Assembly (NCBI GenBank): GCA_024763275.1
Contig: JANTFT010000002.1
Span: 6,002-70,001, forward strand
Direction of reading: 5' to 3'
DNA length: 64,000 nt
From: Anaerolineales bacterium
GTDB taxonomy: Bacteria; Chloroflexota; Anaerolineae; Anaerolineales; UBA11858
Positions 19,939 to 28,905 of this stretch are shown piece after piece; the first letter of the stretch is position 1; each line of letters starts with the position of its first letter. A model generated the notes under the pieces. That model was not told the DNA's origin. It worked only from the letters and a program-made list of their open reading frames with translations, and searched no databases. A program made the position numbers and the translations under genes.

Positions 19939-20940
19939 TCAGGCGTTCACCGTTCGCAGAGCTTGCAAAGCCCTATCATGGAAGATACCGTTAGTAGCAC
20001 AGATTCCCCGATTGTATTTCAGGGTTCTGCCCTGAGAGAAATCCAGCGCTTTTCCATCCAGATCCGTTACTCGCCCTCCGGCTTCTTCAACAATGACCGA
20101 TCCCGCAGCCTGGTCCCAGATCTTTTCCCGGTAATCCAACCTGTCAGGCGACAGCAAGCGCAGATAAATCTCGCCTTTTCCGGAGGCCAGCAGGGCATAT
20201 TTCGCCTGGCTGTCCATTCTAACCGGATCTGCCCTGCTTCCCAGCTCGGCTTGAAAAGCTTCTATTAAATTGGAATTGGTATGGCTGGATTCATAAGAGC
20301 GCAGCAGTCGGGCCTGCCCCGGATCGGTCCTGTCAGATACGTGCAGGCGGGTGAAGTGATTCCCGGAGCGATATTTCTTCAGGGAGGTAACCCAGCTGCC
20401 CTCCCCCCGCCTGGCAACCACCAGGGACCCCTCTCCTCCGAAGGTTTCCTGCAGATCCGGGTCGAGATTGGGGCAGCCCAGGACGCCTAGCTGAACCCTC
20501 CCTTTTTCAACATACGCCAGGGCGCTGGCGTACTGGGCCCGGCGCAGAAACCCCTTGGTGCCGTCAATGGGATCAAGGGTCCAGTAATTATCTCCCGGCT
20601 CATCTACTCCCCGGTCAATGGCGTCACAAACCTCCTCGGGGGTTATTCCCGGGATCACCCGGCTGACAAAATGGGTGATCCTTTCCAGGGTCTGGCGTTC
20701 TTTCGGGGAACGCAGGACTTCAGCCTGTTCCTCACCGACCAGCAGTTCTCCCGGGAAGGACTTATCCAGCAAGGATCCCACCACTGCCTGAGCTGCGAAA
20801 TCCGCTACTGTCACCGGGGAGCGGTCGTCCTTGGTTAACGCTTCAGTCACCATCTCTTCCTGGATAGCAGCTGCCAGATTAGCTGCCTGCTGAACCGCCT
20901 CCAGGGCAAATTTAATACGGGGGTCATTCCAATTTATCAT
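19939..20940 (-). CDS. 3'(2'),5'-bisphosphate nucleotidase (HAL2/CysQ-like, inositol monophosphatase superfamily)
   Basis: YWTLDPIDGTKGFLR, WDQAAG and a D..PV.V motif layout. The start is either ATG 20940 or GTG 20949. Confidence 0.8.
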   Translation of the reverse strand: MINWNDPRIKFALEAVQQAANLAAAIQEEMVTEALTKDDRSPVTVADFAAQAVVGSLLDKSFPGELLVGEEQAEVLRSPKERQTLERITHFVSRVIPGITPEEVCDAIDRGVDEPGDNYWTLDPIDGTKGFLRRAQYASALAYVEKGRVQLGVLGCPNLDPDLQETFGGEGSLVVARRGEGSWVTSLKKYRSGNHFTRLHVSDRTDPGQARLLRSYESSHTNSNLIEAFQAELGSRADPVRMDSQAKYALLASGKGEIYLRLLSPDRLDYREKIWDQAAGSVIVEEAGGRVTDLDGKALDFSQGRTLKYNRGICATNGIFHDRALQALRTVNA

Positions 20941-20974
20941 CACTAGCACCTGTCTCTATCTAATTGACAAAACA

Positions 20975-22321
20975 TTAAACCGGAACCGCCGCGAGATCAT
21001 ATACCATTGCCCCGCTGATCCGCACGGGAGCAATTTCCCCTACCGGGAGATCCCCTTCCACGATCACCATGCCGTCTATTTCGGGAGCGTCCCGGTAGCT
21101 GCGGCCCAGGGAAATCAACCCACCTCCTCCTTCCACCTCTCCCTGACCCTCTATCAGCACATCCAGGGTCTTTCCGATCAGGGCTTGATTTTTCTTTAAG
21201 GAAATCTCCTGTTGGGCCAGCATCAACGCTGCCAATCTTTCTTCCTTCACGTCCGCAGGAACCGGGTCCCCCAGCGGCTCCGCTCCGGTGCCTGGCTCAA
21301 ATGAATATTTGAACACACCCACCCGGTCAAACTCCAGATCCTCTAAGAAATCCAGCAGCCGCTGAAACGACCGCTCCGTTTCACCAGGATAGCCGACGAT
21401 GAAAGTGGTGCGCAGCGCCAGCCCTGGCATTTTCTGCCTGAGCTTTTCCACGGTTTGATAGACCCATTCTATGTTGGCAGGCCGGCGCATGCTTTTTAGG
21501 ATCTCTGGATCCGCATGCTGCAGGGGTATATCGATATATGGCAGGATCTGGGGATTGTCTGCCATCACCCCGATCAAGGAATCAGTAATATATCCCGGAT
21601 AGGCATACAGGATCCTTATCCAGCTTACGTCCGGTACAGTATCAGACAGAGATGTGAGCAGAGTCGCTAAACCATCCTTCATCCCCAGGTCGTGTCCGTA
21701 ATCTGTCGTATCCTGGGCAATTAAATTGATCTCCTTCACTCCCCGGGACTGCAGATAACGGGCATCAATCAGGATCTCCTCCACAGGGCGGCTGATGGCA
21801 GTCCCCTTAATGGCGGGAATGGCGCAAAATGCGCAGGTACGGCGGCAGCCATCAGCGATCTTCAAAAAGGCGCTGCCTCCCTCAATATGGGCTTCATGGG
21901 TGCCTTCAGGAGCCCGGCCCACAACCGGAGCATCCGGGAGGTGATAAAGTGGCAGGGGAGCCCGGCCGGAACGGAGTCCTTTGAGGACCTGGAGAATATC
22001 CATCCAGCGCCGGGTGCCTAACAAACCATCAATACCCGTGACTTTCTTTAAAACCTCCTCACCGTAGCGCTGGGTCAGACAGCCGGCAGCCACCAGAAGC
22101 TGTCCCGCTTTCTTGCTGGCAGCCAATTCATTTAAAACCGCGTAGGATTCCTCCCTGGCCGGCTCAATGAACCCGCAGGTGTTCACCAGGATCACTTCCG
22201 CTTGAGCGGGGTCCTGTTCCGGGCGATAGCCTTCTCCCTGTAACAGCTGGGCCATCGCATTGGAATCCACGGTATTCTTGGCACACCCGAGGGAAACCAG
22301 GTGAAAGGTCTTTTCATTCAT
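20975..22321 (-). CDS. rimO: Ribosomal protein S12 methylthiotransferase RimO (radical SAM, TRAM domain)
   Basis: FHLVSLGCAKNTVDS (N-terminal Cys), CRRTCAFCAIP radical SAM cluster, and a C-terminal TRAM domain. Confidence 0.8.
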   Translation of the reverse strand: MNEKTFHLVSLGCAKNTVDSNAMAQLLQGEGYRPEQDPAQAEVILVNTCGFIEPAREESYAVLNELAASKKAGQLLVAAGCLTQRYGEEVLKKVTGIDGLLGTRRWMDILQVLKGLRSGRAPLPLYHLPDAPVVGRAPEGTHEAHIEGGSAFLKIADGCRRTCAFCAIPAIKGTAISRPVEEILIDARYLQSRGVKEINLIAQDTTDYGHDLGMKDGLATLLTSLSDTVPDVSWIRILYAYPGYITDSLIGVMADNPQILPYIDIPLQHADPEILKSMRRPANIEWVYQTVEKLRQKMPGLALRTTFIVGYPGETERSFQRLLDFLEDLEFDRVGVFKYSFEPGTGAEPLGDPVPADVKEERLAALMLAQQEISLKKNQALIGKTLDVLIEGQGEVEGGGGLISLGRSYRDAPEIDGMVIVEGDLPVGEIAPVRISGAMVYDLAAVPV

Positions 22322-22357
22322 AACACAGGGCCAGGTGGAAAATAAATAATCTCTCCG

Positions 22358-23602
22358 TCAGTCAGACGGCGTTGGCGTCAAACTCGGCTCAGGGGTATCG
22401 CTGGGCGTGGGGGTCAGCGTGATAGTAGGTGTAGGCGTCGCAATGCCTTCTGCCGTAAAGACCCGGTCGACCACTTCGCCGAACAAACCCATAACACCCA
22501 GATCGCGCTGATTGTAAATCACATCTACGCCAGCAGCATTGCCGGTAAGCACTTCGATGCTCAATTCCCCACCGAATAATTTCATGCTGCCGGGCTGCAG
22601 CCGTCCCTCAAAAGCCGTGATGTTATCCACGATCACCCGCACCCAGGTGCGCTGCAGGATAACAAGCTGTACCTGGATTTTCTCGTTGCCGGTCAACCCC
22701 GGCGTTGGGGTAAAATCTGGATTCCCTTCACCATCACCGAGAATTTCCACCGTGGGAGAGATGTCCACCTCAATATCCCCAGGCGTGCTTTCTGGGAGAG
22801 CCAGGGTCGCTGTCGGTGTGGATGTCGGCAGCAGGATATCCGCCACCGCGGGGATTGTCGGGGTGTTGTCCAATGAAGAGCCATTCCCATCAAAAATGAG
22901 CAGGCCAGCCCAGATAGACACGCTCCCGATCAGGACCACAACCCCGGCCCATAACAAAGTCGGGTTGGCAAGGAATCTCCTCAGCCAGACTGCCCGGGGA
23001 GAACTGGAGGGTACTCCCGGAATGCCTTCCCGCTGGATCTTCAGTCGGCTCTGCAGAACATCAGCGTAGCTGAGCAGCAGCGGATCCGGATCCAGTCCAA
23101 GGAACTGGGCATAGTTCTTTACCATGCCTTTTCCCTGCACCGTGGATGGCAGGTCTTCCAGGCTGCCCCTTTCAATGGCTTCAAGATATCTTTCGGGAAT
23201 ATAGATCTGCTCAGAGACGTTGGCGATGGTGAAACCCAGCTTTTCGCGCTGGGATTTTAATACCTCTCCAATATCCTCCAGAAGAGCGGGGGGAGCGCTG
23301 ACGTTCTCCTTCTCGGAGGTTGACTCTTCCAGGTCAGTCTCCTCGTCCAGACCATCCTCCTGGAGGAGCGACCGCAGCTGCCGGATCAGCGGGTCGGGTT
23401 CTATATCCAGGGCCCGGGCATAGGAGCGCACAAAACCCTTCCGCTGAACAGATGACGGCAGCGCATCCCAATTGTCCTCCTCGATGGCGGCCAGATATCT
23501 CTCGCGGATCCTGGTGACCAGGGAGATTTCCTCCAGGGTCAGCTTCTTTTCCTGGCGGGCATTTTTCAATATCTCACCGATTGATGGATTTGTCTCAGCC
23601 AT
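22358..23602 (-). CDS. RodZ-like protein with two tandem HTH modules, a TM helix, a DUF4115-like C-terminal domain and a PT-rich tail
   Basis: IGEILKNARQEKKLTLEEIS...RYLAAIEE and IGEVLKSQREKLGFTIANVS...RYLEAIER are duplicated. TM helix LLWAGVVVLIGSVSIWAGLLIF. The C-terminus reads VQLVILQRTWVRVIVD... Confidence 0.7.
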   Translation of the reverse strand: MAETNPSIGEILKNARQEKKLTLEEISLVTRIRERYLAAIEEDNWDALPSSVQRKGFVRSYARALDIEPDPLIRQLRSLLQEDGLDEETDLEESTSEKENVSAPPALLEDIGEVLKSQREKLGFTIANVSEQIYIPERYLEAIERGSLEDLPSTVQGKGMVKNYAQFLGLDPDPLLLSYADVLQSRLKIQREGIPGVPSSSPRAVWLRRFLANPTLLWAGVVVLIGSVSIWAGLLIFDGNGSSLDNTPTIPAVADILLPTSTPTATLALPESTPGDIEVDISPTVEILGDGEGNPDFTPTPGLTGNEKIQVQLVILQRTWVRVIVDNITAFEGRLQPGSMKLFGGELSIEVLTGNAAGVDVIYNQRDLGVMGLFGEVVDRVFTAEGIATPTPTITLTPTPSDTPEPSLTPTPSD

Positions 23603-23681
23603 GGGTCAATACAAAGACCGGTCTGGCCAGCAGCTTGGCTGAACCCAGACCGGTTTTGATATCCTTCAGATTAGCTCAGTT

Positions 23682-24320
23682 TCAGGCTTGGTGGTCTTCT
23701 TCAGCGTCTTCCTCTGACTCTTCTGGAAGTTCAGCCTCTGCGGTCTGTTCGCCCTCTGCGCTGGCAGCTTCTTGCTCCTCCAGCTCAGCCTGTTCCTCTT
23801 CCAGTATCTCGGCCAGCGCCTCTTCTGCCTTGAGGGCTTCTTTCTCTTCCTCTTCCAGAGCTGACTCAGGAGACTCGCCTTCCCGGTGTACGATAATCTC
23901 GATCTGTGGGATCAGGTCAACAGTCAAACGGACAGCCACTGTGTGTTTTCCAAGCATGCGCAGCGGCTGGGATTCGATCTGCCTGGCTGTCACCTCAAGG
24001 CCGATCTCTTCACTGACGACCTCGGCAATCATCTGGGCGTTGATGGAACCGTACAGCCGGCGGGTTTCACTGGCTTTAGCGGCAAATGTGAAACGCTTGC
24101 CTTCCAGCTGTTCAGCAACACCGCCAAGCTCTTGGTTGACCTTGGCCCTTTTGATCTCCCCTTGCTTTTTGATCCGGCCAGCCTGCTTCATGGCACCGGG
24201 CGTCGCCAGAACAGCCAGCCCCTGAGGCATCAGATAGTTGCGGGCGTAACCTGGAGCGACCTTTTTGACCTCTCCGGCGCGGCCTAATTTATAGACGTCT
24301 TCTAACAGCAGTACTTTCAT
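23682..24320 (-). CDS. rplI: 50S ribosomal protein L9 with a ~65-aa acidic C-terminal tail
   Basis: The ATG at 24318-24320 gives MKVLLLEDVYKLGRAGEVKKVAPGYARNYL. The tail reads EGESPESALEEEEKEALKAEE...EEDAEEDHQA. The track ORF extends further upstream. Confidence 0.9.
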   Translation of the reverse strand: MKVLLLEDVYKLGRAGEVKKVAPGYARNYLMPQGLAVLATPGAMKQAGRIKKQGEIKRAKVNQELGGVAEQLEGKRFTFAAKASETRRLYGSINAQMIAEVVSEEIGLEVTARQIESQPLRMLGKHTVAVRLTVDLIPQIEIIVHREGESPESALEEEEKEALKAEEALAEILEEEQAELEEQEAASAEGEQTAEAELPEESEEDAEEDHQA

Positions 24321-24493
24321 GGTATCTAGCCCTTTCTCCTTATCTATGATTAGCTTACATCCCTGGCGAAGGGTACAACGCAAGAGACGCCGGAAAATTT
24401 TACCAGATGGCTGGGTGGAGGTCAATAAGCGGCAGCAGGGGAAATAGGTTTATCCGGTTTCTGCCCCAGCGGAGATGTTCCCCGGCCGATCCC

Positions 24494-25540
24494 TTATCTG
24501 CGGGAAATGATCGCCCAGGCGGCCAGGCCGATCAGCAGGATCAGCTCGACTATGAAAACCACTCCTGATCTGCGTTCCGGCCTGCGATCCTGCAGGCGCA
24601 CAACCGGGGGAGCTCCCTGCAATGTGAATTCGGGGCCGCCAAACCAGGTGAAGGCTATCCCACCCAGCAGCCCCCCGAAATGGCCCCAGTTATCGATCCC
24701 TGGCGAGAGTCCGATGATAAAATTGATCACTGCCACCTGCGTGATTTGCCACAGCGCCTTTCCAAATCGTTCACCGTACAGCTGCTTATGCTGGTAAATG
24801 AAAACCCCTTCAGCGGCCAGCAAACCAAAGATAGCTGTGGACGAACCTAACGAGGGAGAGGCTGTTAACAGGAAGGAACACAGGTTCCCGCTGATACCGG
24901 AAAGCAAGAACAAACCAAGAAAACGCCAGTGGCCAAAGAAGTTCTCAACCGTGCGGCCCAGGATATAAAGAGCGTAAAGGTTGAACCCCAAGTGCAGGAT
25001 CCCACCGTGCAGAAACATCGCAGTGATCAACCGCCAGTACTGACCGTCGATGATGGCTTCATTGATCTTCATCCCTAATGCTGCCGGCAGATCCTGGTGG
25101 TACAGATACCCTGTCAACAGCTGCAGAAGGTAAATGACCGTCATCAGACTCATCAGGGCGATTGTGACCACAGGCTTTCTTTCTGGCAGCTGCAGGCGGA
25201 CTTTCTCTGGCTGCACCCGCTGTTCATCCCCCGCCCTGCTGCTGGGCCTGTCCGCAGAGCTATCCGGAGACAGGCCAATTTCCCCCCGGGTTACCAGGCG
25301 CTTGAAGTGGATTGGTCCAGCGCTGTTGGCCGAGATATAGGGCAGATCGATCTCCGCGTGAGGGTTCACCCTCAACTCTCGATAGGCCTGTTCAGCTCCG
25401 GCCCGGATCCGCTGCAGAGCAGCTGGATCCCCGGAGAGATCCAGACCATACCGCTGATAAATTTCGGAGAGAATGCTGGAAATCAGCTTTTGGATGCCAG
25501 GATCTGATGGGGTAAAAACCTGTAAAGGAGAATCTGTCAT
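24494..25540 (-). CDS. Rhomboid family intramembrane serine protease with an N-terminal Hsp70 subdomain-IIB-like domain
   Basis: HLGFNLYAL, GSSTAIFGL (catalytic Ser) and WGHFGGLLGG (His) in the TM core. The N-terminal ~90 aa align to DnaK (see findings). The start ATG overlaps the gmk stop (ATGA). Confidence 0.85.
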   Translation of the reverse strand: MTDSPLQVFTPSDPGIQKLISSILSEIYQRYGLDLSGDPAALQRIRAGAEQAYRELRVNPHAEIDLPYISANSAGPIHFKRLVTRGEIGLSPDSSADRPSSRAGDEQRVQPEKVRLQLPERKPVVTIALMSLMTVIYLLQLLTGYLYHQDLPAALGMKINEAIIDGQYWRLITAMFLHGGILHLGFNLYALYILGRTVENFFGHWRFLGLFLLSGISGNLCSFLLTASPSLGSSTAIFGLLAAEGVFIYQHKQLYGERFGKALWQITQVAVINFIIGLSPGIDNWGHFGGLLGGIAFTWFGGPEFTLQGAPPVVRLQDRRPERRSGVVFIVELILLIGLAAWAIISRR

Positions 25541-26169
25541 AATTTGACATTCCGCTGCTGAACCTTGTGCTGCTCCGCTTTGATGATTGCCTCAATGGTG
25601 TCCACCGTCTCTTCCAGGCGATCATCTTTATTGACAACGATATAGTCAAACAAGGGAATTTTATTGTATTCCTGTCTGGTGGTGGCAATCCTCAGTTTTA
25701 AACTTTCCCTGGTCTCTGTGTTGCGCTTCTTTAAGCGGCGGATCAATTCCTCTTCATTCTGGGGAGTGAGAAAGATCAGCAGGGCGTCCTGGACTATATT
25801 TCTGACAGTCTCAGCGCCCTGAACATCCACACGCATGATCACATTCTTGGAGCTGGCAAGGGCTTCCCGGATCTGGGATTTAGGAATACCCTTGTAATCC
25901 TGGTAAACCACCGCGTATTCCAGGAGCTCGCCCTCGTCGATCATTCTGGCAAACTCGTCCTGGGTGAGGAAAAAATAATCCACACCATCAACCTCGTCAG
26001 GGCGGGGGGGACGGGTTGTGGCCGTGATCACAAAATGGAACGGCAGCCCCCGTGCTTTCATCTCTTCCAGAACAGAGTCTTTCCCCACCCCGGAGGGTCC
26101 GGAGATCACTATCAAGAGCGGGTTGGGTTCATCCAGACCAAAGGGGACAGCAGCTGATTCCGAACTCAT
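25537..26169 (-). CDS. gmk: Guanylate kinase
   Basis: GPSGVGKDS P-loop, TTRPPR, YFF.....F layout. Confidence 0.92.
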   Translation of the reverse strand: MSSESAAVPFGLDEPNPLLIVISGPSGVGKDSVLEEMKARGLPFHFVITATTRPPRPDEVDGVDYFFLTQDEFARMIDEGELLEYAVVYQDYKGIPKSQIREALASSKNVIMRVDVQGAETVRNIVQDALLIFLTPQNEEELIRRLKKRNTETRESLKLRIATTRQEYNKIPLFDYIVVNKDDRLEETVDTIEAIIKAEQHKVQQRNVKL

Positions 26170-26232
26170 GTCAAATTTCCTTTTCCAGTATAATTTATTT
26201 GAACATCAGTTTTCTAATTGACAGGTAATGCT

Positions 26233-26625
26233 ATGCCAACATATGAATACCGGTGTAATGATTGTAACCATAAATTTGAAAAATTCCTGACCTATCAGGA
26301 GTATGAAACCGCCACTGTCAGCTGCCCCGCGTGCGGGAGCTCCCATCCAGAGCGGATCATCAGGCCTGTCCGAATTGCCAGGGCGGAAAAAGCCCGCCTG
26401 GAATCCCTGGCTGATCCATCCCAGCTGGAAGGTCTTGATGATGACCCCCAAACGCTGGGGAGGATGATGCGCCAGATGAGCTCCGAGCTGGGAGAGGACA
26501 TGGGAGCGGAATTTGATGAAGTGGTCGACCGCCTTGAAAAAGGACAGACACCAGAAGAGATTGAGCGGGATTTGCCTGACCTGGGTGCTGATGGGGGAAT
26601 TCCCGGCCCTGAACTCGGCAGCTGA
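26233..26625 (+). CDS. FmdB family zinc-ribbon protein with an acidic C-terminal half
   Basis: MPTYEYRCNDCNHKFE...VSCPACGS (CxxC...CxxC). Confidence 0.75.
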   Translation: MPTYEYRCNDCNHKFEKFLTYQEYETATVSCPACGSSHPERIIRPVRIARAEKARLESLADPSQLEGLDDDPQTLGRMMRQMSSELGEDMGAEFDEVVDRLEKGQTPEEIERDLPDLGADGGIPGPELGS

Positions 26626-26665
26626 CTTCCCACCTTCCCTGCCAGATTGACCCCGAACCCTCTAC

Positions 26666-27307
26666 CTAAAAGCCCCAGCCCTGAAGTCGATCCAGAAGGA
26701 TTTCCCGGAGGTCTGACCGCACTTCTTCAAAGGACCTATCAGCGTCCACCACCACCCAGCGCTGCGGCTCCTTCCGGGCCATTTCCAGATACCCGTCCCG
26801 CACCCGGTGGTGGAACTCTATATCATAAGCATCCAGACGGTTAACCCCCCCGGCGCTCACCCGGCGCTCTAAGCCCACTTCCGGAGCCAGGTCCAATAAT
26901 ATGGTCAGATCCGGGATCAAACCGCCAGTCGCATAATGAATGATGCCCTGCAATGAGGCCAGGGTGTTCTGATGACCGTAGCCCTGATAGGCCAGAGTGG
27001 AATCCGCATACCGATCGCTCACTACAATTCCACCTTTTGCCAGGTGGGGTTTAATGACCTCATCCACCAGCTGAGCCCGGGCTGCCTGATAGAGCAAGGC
27101 CTCCGTACGGTCTACCATAGCGGTGTTCTTTAGATCCAGCAGAGTGGCCCGGATCTGATCTCCAATAGGAGTTCCCCCGGGCTCCCGGGTTCTCAGGACA
27201 GGATAGCCAGCCTGGATAAGCTCGTCTACCAGCAGGTCCAGCTGGGCGGTCTTTCCGCTGCCATCGGGCCCTTCAAAGGTGATAAATCTACCTGGTCTTT
27301 TTTCCAT
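26666..27307 (-). CDS. tmk: Thymidylate kinase
   Basis: FITFEGPDGSGKT P-loop and DRY motif (SDRYADS). Confidence 0.92.
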   Translation of the reverse strand: MEKRPGRFITFEGPDGSGKTAQLDLLVDELIQAGYPVLRTREPGGTPIGDQIRATLLDLKNTAMVDRTEALLYQAARAQLVDEVIKPHLAKGGIVVSDRYADSTLAYQGYGHQNTLASLQGIIHYATGGLIPDLTILLDLAPEVGLERRVSAGGVNRLDAYDIEFHHRVRDGYLEMARKEPQRWVVVDADRSFEEVRSDLREILLDRLQGWGF

Positions 27308-27338
27308 GAAAACAATTCCTGCTGGGGTGGTTGCTAAA

Positions 27339-28901
27339 TCAGGAGTCCTCCCGGAATATGCGCACCCGGCGGTTGGGATCCTTGCCGTAGGAATGTGATA
27401 CCAGGTTCGCCTGGGAAACCATCTGGTGCTGCAGGCGCCGGATGGAGGAAGGCGCCGGAGGCAGCTCTACCCAGTGTTCTCCATTCAGAACAGCCTGGAT
27501 CGCTCCCTGGGTTTGCTGGAGGGCCAGCTCGTCACTCTTGGAAAGAGAGCCGTTCTTGAGGTTAAATATATCCTTAAGCAGATGCTCCATGCGGCTGATG
27601 GTGTTGGAACGCAGCACATAGATGGGCAGGCCCAGCTGCTCAGCTTCGGCGATTGCTTTGGGGTTATCCCGGTAGTGGTGCTTCAGCGTGACAGCGAGCT
27701 TGGCGTCACTGACCTGTTTTTCGATTGTCACCGGCACATTCAGATTCCGGGCCGCCTTTAACATCCGATCCCTGGCAACTCCATAGGTAAAGATCGGCAG
27801 GGATTCCAGGTTTTCCCTGTCCAGCTGCCAGTTTTGGTCCCTAACCCTGAATTCACCCTCGGGGAAAGGGTCCGAACCAATTTTCTGGAGCACCGGCTTG
27901 CTGGGTTTCTTCTTGATGGTGATCTTCCCATCCGCGGACCGGGACCTGATCTCAGGAACAAGGATTTCTCCCCGCAGCAGGGAATCCACCGCTGAAGCGA
28001 CGTCCTGGTGAATGGCCAGTCTGTCCCGGGTCTGAATTTCAATCAGGACATGGAAGGTGGGATTGGAGCGCCGTTCCAGGACGGTTTTTTGGGTCCCCCT
28101 CCTTTTAGCTTCCTCATCGGAAAGTGTCACGGATTCTATTCCGCCTACCAGGTCCGCCAGGGTGGGGTTGATGAGCAGGTTCTCCAGGGTGTTGCCGTGG
28201 GCAGTCCCGATCAGCTGAACTCCGCGCTCGGCGATCGTCCGGGCTGCCAGCGCTTCCAGGGTGCGGCCAATCTCGTCGATCACGATCACTTCCGGGTTGT
28301 GGTTCTCAACCGCTTCGATCATCACTTCATGCTGCAAAGACGGCTCGGCTACCTGCATCCGGCGGGCTTTGCCAATCGCGGGGTGGGGCACATCGCCATC
28401 CCCGGCAATCTCATTAGAAGTGTCCACGATCACCACTCGCTTGTTATCCGCCAGGATGCGGGCGGCTTCCCGGAGCATGGTTGTCTTTCCCACTCCCGGG
28501 CGGCCAAGGATCAGCAGGCTCCTTCCGCTTTCAATCAGATCCTTGACAATGTCAGTGGTTCCATAAACGGCCCGACCTACCCGGCAGGTCAGGCCCACGA
28601 TCGTCCCCATGCGGTTCCTGATCGCCGCAATCCGGTGCAGAGTGCGAGCCAAACCAGCCCTGTTATCGCCGTCAAACTTGCCAATGCGGTCAACGACGTA
28701 TTCGATTTCCTTCTGGGTGATCTCATTGCTGGAAAGTTCCAGCTCCTCATCAGCAAAGCGAGCGGTTGGCACCCGCCCCAGATCCAGGATGATTTCGATC
28801 AAGTCCGCGTTTTTTCCCTGGGCAGTGATCGCCTGGCTGATTTCGGGGGGAAGCACCTCAAAGAGGGAATCGAGATTGTCGGTAATTCTGTGATTTGACA
28901 T
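27339..28901 (-). CDS. AAA ATPase with a C-terminal R3H nucleic-acid-binding domain (SpoIIIAA/Ycf45-like)
   Basis: The ATG at 28899-28901 gives MSNHRITD. Walker A is GRPGVGKTT and Walker B is VIVIDEIG. The C-terminus reads IRRLQHQMV...YGKDPNRRVRI (R3H-like). Confidence 0.7.
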   Translation of the reverse strand: MSNHRITDNLDSLFEVLPPEISQAITAQGKNADLIEIILDLGRVPTARFADEELELSSNEITQKEIEYVVDRIGKFDGDNRAGLARTLHRIAAIRNRMGTIVGLTCRVGRAVYGTTDIVKDLIESGRSLLILGRPGVGKTTMLREAARILADNKRVVIVDTSNEIAGDGDVPHPAIGKARRMQVAEPSLQHEVMIEAVENHNPEVIVIDEIGRTLEALAARTIAERGVQLIGTAHGNTLENLLINPTLADLVGGIESVTLSDEEAKRRGTQKTVLERRSNPTFHVLIEIQTRDRLAIHQDVASAVDSLLRGEILVPEIRSRSADGKITIKKKPSKPVLQKIGSDPFPEGEFRVRDQNWQLDRENLESLPIFTYGVARDRMLKAARNLNVPVTIEKQVSDAKLAVTLKHHYRDNPKAIAEAEQLGLPIYVLRSNTISRMEHLLKDIFNLKNGSLSKSDELALQQTQGAIQAVLNGEHWVELPPAPSSIRRLQHQMVSQANLVSHSYGKDPNRRVRIFREDS

Positions 28902-28905
28902 GGTA

